64,000 nt of DNA, taken from NCBI GenBank assembly GCA_017541995.1, contig JAFXYD010000070.1, positions 508-64,507 on the forward strand, read 5' to 3'. The DNA is from Oscillospiraceae bacterium (GTDB lineage: Bacteria; Bacillota; Clostridia; Oscillospirales; Oscillospiraceae). Positions 54,892-63,001 of this stretch are shown in pieces. The notes beneath the pieces were generated by a model, which saw only the letters and a program-made list of their open reading frames with translations, was not told the DNA's origin and made no database searches. Positions within the stretch are counted from its first letter, which is position 1; each line of letters starts with the position of its first letter. The translations under genes and the position numbers were made by a program.

Positions 54892-55305
54892 ATGAAGCGC
54901 AAAGAACTGCTGATCGTCCTGGCAGCGGCCCTGCTCTGCCTCTGCCTGCTGTGCGCCTGCACAGAGACAAAGCCGGAGGAGACCCTCCCCAGCCAGACCC
55001 TGCCGGTGCTGAAGCCCGGCGAAAGCAGCCCCATGGAGAGCGGCAGCGGCGAGGCGAACGTGCCCAGCCTGACCACGCCCGCCGCTCCCACCCAGAATCC
55101 CGACCGGGAGCCCGCTGCCCCCGGTGAGACGGAGCTGCACCCTGCCTCCGAGGAGGCACCCGAGACCACCGCCTCCGGCGCGGATTCCCAGCAGCCCGCG
55201 GCCACCCAGCCCCGACAGGAGCAGGTGACCGAGGAGGACACCGACGAGGACGTGGACGTATATGATATCCCCGTCTATGACGATACCGACGAGGATATTC
55301 CCTGA
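54892..55305 (+). CDS. acidic hypothetical lipoprotein
   Basis: Lipobox LLCACTE. Pro/Glu/Thr-rich, low-complexity. Confidence 0.5.
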   Translation: MKRKELLIVLAAALLCLCLLCACTETKPEETLPSQTLPVLKPGESSPMESGSGEANVPSLTTPAAPTQNPDREPAAPGETELHPASEEAPETTASGADSQQPAATQPRQEQVTEEDTDEDVDVYDIPVYDDTDEDIP

Positions 55306-55549
55306 TTATTTATTCAAGATTTTAGGACAAGAACCGCGCTATCTTGCAGGGACGCAACGCTGCCGACTGCCGCAGACGATCCCTTTGCGGGCGGAGAAAA
55401 AGAATAACTGCCAAATCACTTTTGAATTGAGATAGATAATTATGAAAAAATATTCAAATTGCTCAATATATTTATTGCTTTTCTCCTAAAACTATGGTAA
55501 AATTGCAGTACAGATAGTTTCTGGATTTAGTAAAAAACGAAGGGATTGG

Positions 55550-57076
55550 TTGATTTTGAAATACAAAATAGTCAGTTTTATCTTGGCTGTTCTCATCATT
55601 ATCACTATGCCAATAGCGTCTGTTGCAGCTTCAATTTTTTCAGATGTTCCTGATTATTCTTATTATCATGATGCTGTATATTGGGCATATAACCAAGGGA
55701 TTACCACTGGTACCAGTTCCAACACATTCTCTCCGAATAACAATCTCACACGAGCTCAGGTAGTCACTTTTCTGTGGAAATTAGCGGGCGGCCCGATGGG
55801 ATACCAAAACTATGCCACTCAGTTTTCGGATGTGAGTGCAAATGCCTATTATTTTAATGCAGTTGGCTGGGCGGCATACTTTGGTATAACAAGTGGTACA
55901 AGTACAGGACAGTTTTCGCCAAATGCAGTTGTAAAGAATAAAGAAACGGTTACTTTCATTTATAAGGCTGTTCAAAGTCATCAAATAACTTGCCTTTCCA
56001 CAACAGCAGGTTCTCTTTCGAATTTGAACGCGGATCCTTCAGCGTGGTATTATAGTGCTTGTGTTTGGGCCAACAATCAAGGCTATCTCGCTTGTGTTCC
56101 CGAATTTGAGAATGAATTCCAACCAAACAGCAATACAACCAGAGCGATTGCCATTTATCTCCTTTGGGAGTTGAAAACTGGCTCCTGCAAAGTAAGCCTT
56201 TCCGTTAATTCTGGAACAGGAATCACTACCGTAACCCTTAGCGGAAGAACCGGTAATCAAGTGAGTGGTTATTACACCAAAGGTGCTACTTTTCCTGTCA
56301 GCTGCATGCCTTCAAGCGGTTACGAATTTGACAGATGGATGGAAGGCGGTCAGCAAATCGGCACCCACAATCCGAGTGCTATTACTGCAAATGGAAACCG
56401 TACTTGGATAGCTGTAGGAAAGCAACTCTCACCAATAGAGGTAATGATACAGTCTGCTGAGGCAGAGTGTGGAAATCATCAATCAGCAAATCCAGGATAT
56501 AATATAAATGCAGATTGGTGTGCTGCTTTTTCGAGTTGGTGCGCATATACGGCAGATTTAGCGAGTTATAATTATGTTACAATTGCTCAATATTCAACGG
56601 GTACGCTGTATTACTACACCTCAAATTTGAGCACCCCAATCAATTATACATATCCAGTTTTAAGGCACGGAGCATGCACTCAGCAGGTTGCCCATTTCTG
56701 TGAGCAAGGGCATATGTATGTCTCAAGGAGTGTTTATCAAGGGGATTGGTACAGTGAGGGTACAGGAGGTTGGAATTGGAGTAATGCCACACTATATACT
56801 TCTTCCTTTACCCCAAAAAGAGGAGACTTTGTTTTCTTTGACTGGAATAATACCGATTGCTATGCAAATCATGTTGGGATAATTACAGCTGTGGAAAGAA
56901 ATGGAAATTTAGTCACAATTACCTCTGTCGAAGGAAACATCAACGGAAATGGTTCTTATAACAATAGTGTAGTCGGATTCGTTACCCGAACATATAATGC
57001 TGCATCCAATTCTCTAATTGTTTCCGGCGATCATAGCAACAACGGTTATATACTGGGTTTTGGAAGAATCGGATAG
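55550..57076 (+). CDS. cell-wall hydrolase: 3 SLH domains + Listeria-Bacteroides repeat + C-terminal CHAP/NlpC-P60-like domain
   Basis: FSDVP..YYHDAVYWAYNQGITTGTS..FSPNN.LTRAQ repeated three times. YEFDRWMEG. WCAAFSSWCAY ... ANHVGIIT. Gene is AT-rich relative to its surroundings. TTG start uncertain. Confidence 0.7.
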   Translation: MILKYKIVSFILAVLIIITMPIASVAASIFSDVPDYSYYHDAVYWAYNQGITTGTSSNTFSPNNNLTRAQVVTFLWKLAGGPMGYQNYATQFSDVSANAYYFNAVGWAAYFGITSGTSTGQFSPNAVVKNKETVTFIYKAVQSHQITCLSTTAGSLSNLNADPSAWYYSACVWANNQGYLACVPEFENEFQPNSNTTRAIAIYLLWELKTGSCKVSLSVNSGTGITTVTLSGRTGNQVSGYYTKGATFPVSCMPSSGYEFDRWMEGGQQIGTHNPSAITANGNRTWIAVGKQLSPIEVMIQSAEAECGNHQSANPGYNINADWCAAFSSWCAYTADLASYNYVTIAQYSTGTLYYYTSNLSTPINYTYPVLRHGACTQQVAHFCEQGHMYVSRSVYQGDWYSEGTGGWNWSNATLYTSSFTPKRGDFVFFDWNNTDCYANHVGIITAVERNGNLVTITSVEGNINGNGSYNNSVVGFVTRTYNAASNSLIVSGDHSNNGYILGFGRIG

Positions 57077-57218
57077 CTGATACAGAAACTAAAATAATCT
57101 ACTTTACAAAATGGGGAGATGCCTGGTACTATTTAGTGCAGAGGCTGTTTCCGAAAAGCTGATACGCAGAATGCAGAAGGTGAAAAACCAGAGTTTCAGA
57201 AAGGATGTGAGATCATTC

Positions 57219-57824
57219 ATGAAAAAGATGCTTATTGTGGTTCTTGTGCTCTTATTGACAGCTTCCGTTTTGGTCGGCTGCAAAAGTTCTGTTCGCCCCA
57301 GTGCAGCCGCACCGAAAACGCCCGCCTCTTCCTCCGCGAACGAGCAGGAGGCAGCCGGCTCTGTACAGACAGAAACGGAGCAAGCAACAACGGTCATTCC
57401 TTCGGATGCAAGCGATTCCGATCCGATCCTGCCGGAAGAGATGACAATGGAAGAGATTGAGGCGGAGCTGGGGTTTGGCTATCAGCTTCCTGACGTCAGC
57501 GAGCATAACGGGAAGATTCAATGCGCAGCTGATAATGGGACGCTGGCCTTAGGCTATACCTCAGATGAATTTGTCGGACGGGTTGTGATCTGGAAGTCTG
57601 TGAAGACCGATCAGGATGTCTATGCTTCCTGGGATCAATGGCCGGAATCCGGACAAGAAACCGTAGAAGGGGTTCAGGTTCGCTTTCGCGGCAATTCCCC
57701 GGATTACAAGGGGATTGCCTTTTGGACGCAGGACGGCTATCAATATGTTATGAACTGCGAAACCGCTCCCGGCTCAGATATCATGAGCATTCTGCCGTTA
57801 TTCATCGAAGATAAGCAAAATTAA
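57219..57824 (+). CDS. hypothetical lipoprotein
   Basis: MKKMLIVVLVLLLTASVLVGCKS lipobox. No recognised family. Confidence 0.55.
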   Translation: MKKMLIVVLVLLLTASVLVGCKSSVRPSAAAPKTPASSSANEQEAAGSVQTETEQATTVIPSDASDSDPILPEEMTMEEIEAELGFGYQLPDVSEHNGKIQCAADNGTLALGYTSDEFVGRVVIWKSVKTDQDVYASWDQWPESGQETVEGVQVRFRGNSPDYKGIAFWTQDGYQYVMNCETAPGSDIMSILPLFIEDKQN

Positions 57825-57830
57825 GCAGAC

Positions 57831-57876
57831 AGCCACTCGCAAGCATGCTTCAGACAATGCTTGCGGGTGGCTTTTT
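57831..57876 (+). terminator. rho-independent terminator
   Basis: AGCCACTCGCAAGCAT...ATGCTTGCGGGTGGCT followed by TTTTT. Confidence 0.8.
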
Positions 57877-58109
57877 ACTGAGCTTCCATAGAAACACTTA
57901 ATCTATTCCGGCGGGAATCGTGCCATACTTCGTTGTCGTCCTCGCCGGGCATCAGCCCGCCTGCGTCCTCCGTCTCGTCTGGCGCAATTCCTGCTTGAAA
58001 TACTTTTTGACATAGATTCCTGTAATGGGGAGCAGACGAAAGACGGTGCCGCTCTGATACACAAGATCGCGGGACCATCCAAAAACACTTGCTTGTCAAA
58101 TATTTTCCC

Positions 58110-58138
58110 TTGACAAACCCGGCGGGATGTGCTATACT
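58110..58138 (+). promoter_or_regulatory. sigma-A type promoter of the ylxM-ffh operon
   Basis: TTGACA, 17 nt, TATACT. Confidence 0.7.
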
Positions 58139-58182
58139 GGGCAAGCTGTCAATGGAAAGACTTTGACAAGGAGGCGCGCCCC

Positions 58183-58533
58183 ATGAAGCCGGACAAGCTG
58201 ACCATGTCTCTGCTGCTGGACTGCTATGGGGAGCTGCTCACCGAGAAGCAGCGGGACTGCTTCGACCTCCACTACAACCAGGATCTGAGCCTGGCGGAGA
58301 TTGCGGAGCTGATGGGCACCAGCCGTCAGGGCGTACACGACGCCGTGAGCCGGGCCGAGGCCCAGCTGCTGCGGCTGGAGGAGATCACCCACTGCCTGGC
58401 CCGGGACCGGGCGGCCGCGGAAATCGCCGCCCGTCTGGAGAACCTGGCCGCAGGCCTGCCGGAGATGAGCCCCCAGGCCCTGAAGGAGACAGCGAAGGCC
58501 CTCGCCCGGCTGGCGAAGACCCTAAAGGAGTAA
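58183..58533 (+). CDS. ylxM: YlxM/p13-like putative DNA-binding protein (UPF0122)
   Basis: LLDCYGELLTEKQRDCFDLHYNQDLSLAEIAELMGTSRQGVHDAV. Immediately upstream of ffh. Confidence 0.85.
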   Translation: MKPDKLTMSLLLDCYGELLTEKQRDCFDLHYNQDLSLAEIAELMGTSRQGVHDAVSRAEAQLLRLEEITHCLARDRAAAEIAARLENLAAGLPEMSPQALKETAKALARLAKTLKE

Positions 58534-58537
58534 GAAA

Positions 58538-59902
58538 ATGGCATTTGAAGGACTAAGCGAAAAACTCTCCAACGCCTTCCAAAAGCTGCGGAGCAAGGGA
58601 CGGCTGACCCCCAACGACGTGAAGGAGGCCATGCGGGAGATCCGCCTGGCCCTGCTGGAGGCCGACGTCAGCTATAAGGTCGTCAAGGACTTCATCAAGG
58701 TCGTCACGGAGCGCTGCGTGGGCGCCGACGTGCTGGAGGGCCTGAACCCCGCTCAGATGGTGGTGAAGGTGGTCAACGAGGAGCTCACCGCCATGATGGG
58801 CGGCGAGAACCAGAAGATCAACATGGCCTCCAACGGCCCCACCGTGGTGATGCTGGTGGGCCTGCAGGGCGCGGGCAAAACCACCAACGGCGCCAAGCTG
58901 GCCGGGTACTTCAAAAAGACCCAGAGCAAGCGGCCCCTGCTGGTGGCCTGCGACGTCTATCGCCCCGCCGCCATCAAGCAGCTGGAGGTGGTGGGCGGCC
59001 AGCTGGACATCCCGGTCTTCCAGATGGGCCAGGACGATCCCGTGAAGATCGCCCGGGAAGGACTGCGCCACGCCCAGCAGCACGGCAACGACATGGTCTT
59101 CCTGGACACCGCGGGCCGTCTGCACATCGACGAGAAGCTCATGGAGGAGCTCCAGGCCATCAAGGCCGAGGTCAAGCCCAACGAGATCCTGCTGGTGGTG
59201 GACGCCATGACCGGCCAGGACGCGGTGAACGCGGCCCAGAGCTTCAACGAGTGGCTGGACGTGGACGGCGTCATGCTCTCCAAGCTGGACGGCGACGCCC
59301 GGGGCGGCGCGGCCCTGTCCGTCAAGGCCGTCACCGGCAAGCCCATCAAGTTCATCGGCGTGGGCGAGAAGCTGGATCAGATCGAGCCCTTCCACCCCGG
59401 CCGTATGGCGGGGCGGATCCTGGGCATGGGCGACGTGCTGAGCCTCATCGAAAAGGCGGAGCAGGCCATCGACCAGAAGAAGGCCGCCGAGCTGGAGGAA
59501 CGGCTGCGGCAGAACAAATTCACCCTGACGGACTTCCTGGATCAGCTGAGCCAGCTGAAGAACATGGGGAATTTGCAGGATCTGATGGGCATGATCCCCG
59601 GCATGGGCAGCATGAAGGACCTGCAGGTGGACGAAAAGGCCCTGGGTCGGGTGGAGGCCATCATCCGCTCCATGACCCCCCAGGAGCGGGAGAACCCCGG
59701 CATCCTGGGCTCCAGCCGGAAAAAGCGCATCGCCGCGGGCTCCGGCACCCGGGTAGAGGACGTAAACAAGCTGCTCAAGCAGTTCCAGACCATGCAGCAG
59801 ATGATGAAGCAGTTCTCCGGCAAGGCCGCCGGAAAGAAGCTGAAAAAGCTGCAAAGACGGGGCGGCTTCCCAGGCATGGGCGGCTTCCCGGGCATTGGAT
59901 GA
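58538..59902 (+). CDS. ffh: signal recognition particle protein Ffh
   Basis: GLQGAGKTT, DTAGR, Met-rich M domain, C-terminal GGFPGMGG. Confidence 0.95.
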   Translation: MAFEGLSEKLSNAFQKLRSKGRLTPNDVKEAMREIRLALLEADVSYKVVKDFIKVVTERCVGADVLEGLNPAQMVVKVVNEELTAMMGGENQKINMASNGPTVVMLVGLQGAGKTTNGAKLAGYFKKTQSKRPLLVACDVYRPAAIKQLEVVGGQLDIPVFQMGQDDPVKIAREGLRHAQQHGNDMVFLDTAGRLHIDEKLMEELQAIKAEVKPNEILLVVDAMTGQDAVNAAQSFNEWLDVDGVMLSKLDGDARGGAALSVKAVTGKPIKFIGVGEKLDQIEPFHPGRMAGRILGMGDVLSLIEKAEQAIDQKKAAELEERLRQNKFTLTDFLDQLSQLKNMGNLQDLMGMIPGMGSMKDLQVDEKALGRVEAIIRSMTPQERENPGILGSSRKKRIAAGSGTRVEDVNKLLKQFQTMQQMMKQFSGKAAGKKLKKLQRRGGFPGMGGFPGIG

Positions 59903-60068
59903 GTTGAAAATTGAAAATTGAAAGTTGAAAGTTTCGGAATCGTTCAAATTGCCATTTGAACGATGAAAAAGAAAGATTCGACTTTCAATTCGCAGATCAT
60001 TCCTGTTTTTCAGATGGCAATCTGAAAAACACCCCCATTTTCAATTTTCACCTTTCAACTTTCAATTC
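59903..60068. repeat. heptamer-armed hairpin element (TTGAAAA type), copy 2, starting right after the ffh stop
   Basis: Shares arms, TTTCGGA and TTTTTCAGAT-N4-ATCTGAAAAACAC with 37232-37335. Carries about 65 extra nt, including the hairpin ATCGTTCAAA-TTGCCA-TTTGAACGAT. Confidence 0.9.
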
Positions 60069-60131
60069 GACCCGCACAGGGTTTCGATAAAAACAAAAAC
60101 AAATTATATTATCAAACAAGGAGATATCACC

Positions 60132-60371
60132 ATGGTTAAGATCAGACTCAGAAGAATGGGCGCCAAGAAGAACCCCTACTACCGCATCGTTGTCGCTGAC
60201 TCCCGCAGCCCCCGTGACGGCCGCTGCATCGAGGAAATCGGCACCTATGATCCCCTGGCCAACCCCGCTGCCATTACTGTGGACGCCGAGAAGGCGCAGG
60301 CCTGGATCAAGAACGGCGCTCAGCCCACCGATACCGTCAGAGGACTGCTGAAGAAGGCCGGCGTTCTGTAA
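60132..60371 (+). CDS. rpsP: 30S ribosomal protein S16
   Basis: [31 protein letters not shown]. Confidence 0.95.
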   Translation: MVKIRLRRMGAKKNPYYRIVVADSRSPRDGRCIEEIGTYDPLANPAAITVDAEKAQAWIKNGAQPTDTVRGLLKKAGVL

Positions 60372-60388
60372 GAACCGAGGGCTGAACG

Positions 60389-60616
60389 ATGAAGGAACTG
60401 TTGCTCTATATCGCCCGCAACCTGGTGGAGCATCCGGAGCAGGTCACGGTGGAGTCCATTGAGGGCGACCCCCTGGTCCTGGAGCTTCGTGTTGCCCCCG
60501 AGGATATGGGCAAGGTCATCGGCCGCAGCGGCCGGATCGCCAAGGAGATCCGGGCCATCATGAAGTCCGTCGCCCAGAGACAGGGCGTCCGCGTCAGCGT
60601 CGAGATCGTAGACTAA
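60389..60616 (+). CDS. KH domain RNA-binding protein (YlqC/UPF0109)
   Basis: EDMGKVIGRSGRIAKEIR. Conserved position between rpsP and rimM. Confidence 0.85.
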   Translation: MKELLLYIARNLVEHPEQVTVESIEGDPLVLELRVAPEDMGKVIGRSGRIAKEIRAIMKSVAQRQGVRVSVEIVD

Positions 60617-60624
60617 GCCAAAAA

Positions 60625-60655
60625 GGGCTGCTGCTGTGAGGCAGCGGCCCTTTTT
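60625..60655 (+). terminator. rho-independent terminator/attenuator
   Basis: GGGCTGCTGC-TGTGAG-GCAGCGGCCC followed by TTTTT. Confidence 0.75.
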
Positions 60656-60658
60656 GGC

Positions 60659-60688
60659 AATTGAGAATTGAGAATTGAGAATTGAGAG
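60659..60688. repeat. (AATTGAG)x4 single-arm heptamer array upstream of rimM
   Basis: AATTGAGAATTGAGAATTGAGAATTGAGAG. Same unit as 47936-47960. Confidence 0.9.
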
Positions 60689-60690
60689 AT

Positions 60691-61197
60691 ATGATGAACG
60701 AAACATACCTGGAAACCGGAAAAATCGTCTCCACCCACGGCGTTCGCGGGGAGGTGAAGGTCCTGCCCTGGGCGGACGCCCCGGAGTTTTTACTGAAATT
60801 CAAGACCTTTTACCTGAATAACGGCACGGAGGCTCTCCCCGTGGAACAATCCCATGTCCATAAAACGACGGTGCTGATCAAATTCAAGGGCGTCGACAGC
60901 GTGGAGCAGGCCCAGCAGCTCCGGGACAAGGTGCTGTACATCGCCCGGGACGATCCCCACATCCCCGCCGGGACCGTCTTCCACGCGGACCTGATCGGGC
61001 TGCCTGTCCGGGCCGACGGGGCGGAGATCGGCAAAATCAAGGAGATTCTCTCCATGCCCGCCTCCGACGTCTGGGTGGTGAAGGGGGAGCATACTTATAT
61101 GATCCCCCAGGTGAAGGCCTTCGTCCCCTCCCTGGACTTTTCCAAGGGCTATATTGAGGTAAACTTGATTGAGGGAATGCGGACCGATGAGAATTGA
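60691..61197 (+). CDS. rimM: ribosome maturation factor RimM
   Basis: GKIVSTHGVRGEVKV. PRC barrel C-terminus. Start at ATG 60691/60694, since the listed TTG lies in the repeat. Confidence 0.85.
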   Translation: MMNETYLETGKIVSTHGVRGEVKVLPWADAPEFLLKFKTFYLNNGTEALPVEQSHVHKTTVLIKFKGVDSVEQAQQLRDKVLYIARDDPHIPAGTVFHADLIGLPVRADGAEIGKIKEILSMPASDVWVVKGEHTYMIPQVKAFVPSLDFSKGYIEVNLIEGMRTDEN

Positions 61198-61972
61198 CAT
61201 TATGACCCTCTTTCCCGACACCGTGGAAGACGTACTTTCGGAGTCCATCATCGGCAGAGCCCAGGAGCGGGGCTTCGTCACCATCCGGGCTCACCAGATC
61301 CGGGACTGGACCACCAACAAGCAGAACCAGGTGGACGACTACCCCTACGGGGGCGGCCGCGGAGCCGTGATGCAGGCGGACCCCCTCTACCGCTGCTGGG
61401 CCCACGTTTGCGAAGAAACCGGCGTCCGGCCGCATACAATCTATATGTCCCCCTGCGGGCAGGTCTTCAATCAGGATCACGCCCGCCGCCTGGCCGCCGA
61501 CTATGAGAATCTGATCCTGGTCTGCGGCCACTATGAGGGGATCGACCAGCGCTTCATCGACGAGTGCGTGGACGAGGAACTTTCTCTGGGGGATTTCGTC
61601 TTAACAGGCGGAGAGATCGCCGCCATGGCCGTCAGCGACGCGGTGTGCCGCCTTCTGCCCGGGGTCCTGTCGGACCCGGAGTGCTTCCAGGAGGAGAGCC
61701 ACTGGAACGGCCTGCTGGAATACCCCCAGTACAGCCGCCCCGCCGTCTGGCACGACCGGCCCGTGCCGGAGATTCTCACCTCCGGGGACCACGCCAAGGT
61801 GGCCCGCTGGCGCCGCAAGCAGTCCATCCTCCGCACCATGCGCCGCCGCCCGGATCTCTTTGCCAGGCTCCGCCTGCCCGACAAGACCAAAGCCGAAAAG
61901 AAATTCATACAGGAACTGGAGGAGGAAGACCATGAATTCCAAGCTCGATACGCTGAAAACCTGGGTCGATGA
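61187..61972 (+). CDS. trmD: tRNA (guanine37-N1)-methyltransferase
   Basis: MRIDIMTLFPD ... DDYPYGGGRGAVM ... CGHYEGIDQR ... LSLGDFVLTGGE. Confidence 0.9.
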   Translation: MRIDIMTLFPDTVEDVLSESIIGRAQERGFVTIRAHQIRDWTTNKQNQVDDYPYGGGRGAVMQADPLYRCWAHVCEETGVRPHTIYMSPCGQVFNQDHARRLAADYENLILVCGHYEGIDQRFIDECVDEELSLGDFVLTGGEIAAMAVSDAVCRLLPGVLSDPECFQEESHWNGLLEYPQYSRPAVWHDRPVPEILTSGDHAKVARWRRKQSILRTMRRRPDLFARLRLPDKTKAEKKFIQELEEEDHEFQARYAENLGR

Positions 61973-62648
61973 GGCCCAACGCATCGTCTTCTTCGGTGGG
62001 GCCGGGGTCTCCACCGAGAGCGGCATTCCCGACTTCCGCTCTGTGGACGGCCTCTACAATCAGAAATTCAAGTACCCTCCCGAGACCATCATCTCCCACA
62101 GCTTCTTTGAGGAGCGGCCCGAGGAGTTCTTCGCGTTCTACAAGGAGAAGATGCTGCCCCTGGGCTTTGAGCCCAACGTGACCCACAAGGTCCTGGCCCG
62201 CTGGGAGCGGGAGGGGAAGCTCCTGGCCGTGGTCACCCAGAACATCGACGGCCTCCACCAGAAGGCCGGCAGCAAAAACGTCCTGGAGCTCCACGGCTCC
62301 GTGCTGCGGAACTACTGCGTCCGCTGCCATCGGAGCTACTCCGCGGAGTTCGTGAAGAACAGCAAGGGCGTGCCCCGCTGCGACTGCGGCGGCGTGGTCA
62401 AGCCCGACGTGGTGCTCTATGAGGAGAGCCTGGACCAGGACGTGATGTACCGGGCCACCCGGGCCATCTCCCAGGCGGATATGCTCATCGTGGCCGGCAC
62501 CTCTCTGACGGTCTGGCCCGCGGCGGGCATGATCCGCTATTACCGGGGAAGCCGCCTGGTGCTGATCAACCGGGACGAGACCCCCTTTGACCGCGAGGCG
62601 GATCTGGTGCTCCACGAGAAATTGGGGGAGGTTTTCCGGGAGCTGTGA
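61932..62648 (+). CDS. NAD-dependent protein deacylase (Sir2 family)
   Basis: FFGGAGVSTESGIPDFRS, QNIDGLH, zinc ribbon CVRC...CDCGG. GGAGGAAG RBS. Confidence 0.85.
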   Translation: MNSKLDTLKTWVDEAQRIVFFGGAGVSTESGIPDFRSVDGLYNQKFKYPPETIISHSFFEERPEEFFAFYKEKMLPLGFEPNVTHKVLARWEREGKLLAVVTQNIDGLHQKAGSKNVLELHGSVLRNYCVRCHRSYSAEFVKNSKGVPRCDCGGVVKPDVVLYEESLDQDVMYRATRAISQADMLIVAGTSLTVWPAAGMIRYYRGSRLVLINRDETPFDREADLVLHEKLGEVFREL

Positions 62649-62670
62649 GGGCGGCGGAAGCCTGCTAAAA

Positions 62671-62699
62671 TTGCATTTATACCGGTTACACGGTATAAT
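62671..62699 (+). promoter_or_regulatory. candidate promoter (distal) upstream of the SBP gene
   Basis: TTGCAT, 17 nt, TATAAT. About 300 nt upstream of ATG 63002. Confidence 0.5.
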
Positions 62700-62890
62700 A
62701 TAACAAGATTTCATCATTTCGCCCAAAACCGCGATGCATATTATATACGTATTATTCGGAAAACCCGGGGAGATTACGGATTATTTATCGAGATTGATTG
62801 GATAAACGGCAAAAATCCGATGGAAATTCGCCCCTGCTTTTAGAATTTTTCACAAAAACCGAAATCTATGAAAATAGTGTTAAATTTTGA

Positions 62891-62919
62891 TTGAAAATCG
62901 CGGCGATATGTGCTATAGT
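62891..62919 (+). promoter_or_regulatory. candidate promoter (proximal) upstream of the SBP gene
   Basis: TTGAAA, 17-nt spacer ending TGC (extended -10), TATAGT. Confidence 0.5.
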
Positions 62920-63001
62920 TATGTCACGGGCGACAGATGCCCGTTGCTTTGGTATTCTCGCCATAAGGCGAAAATATAAATCTTATAGGAGGAATCCATC
63001 A

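Noticed and set aside
52906-55140. 744-aa minus-strand ORF. The same reasoning applies to 45990-47990, 39569-41191, 58553-59947, 48001-49302, 51570-52811 and 24039-25415 on the minus strand.
   Set aside because: All run antisense to well-supported plus-strand genes (beta-propeller protein, dacB-like/rluB, copA, ffh, oxidoreductase, S1, glycosidase). All have GC-driven low-complexity translations.
41224-60688. Heptamer arrays considered as CRISPR arrays
   Set aside because: The units are 7 nt and directly abutting, with no unique spacers. There are no cas genes. These are not CRISPR.
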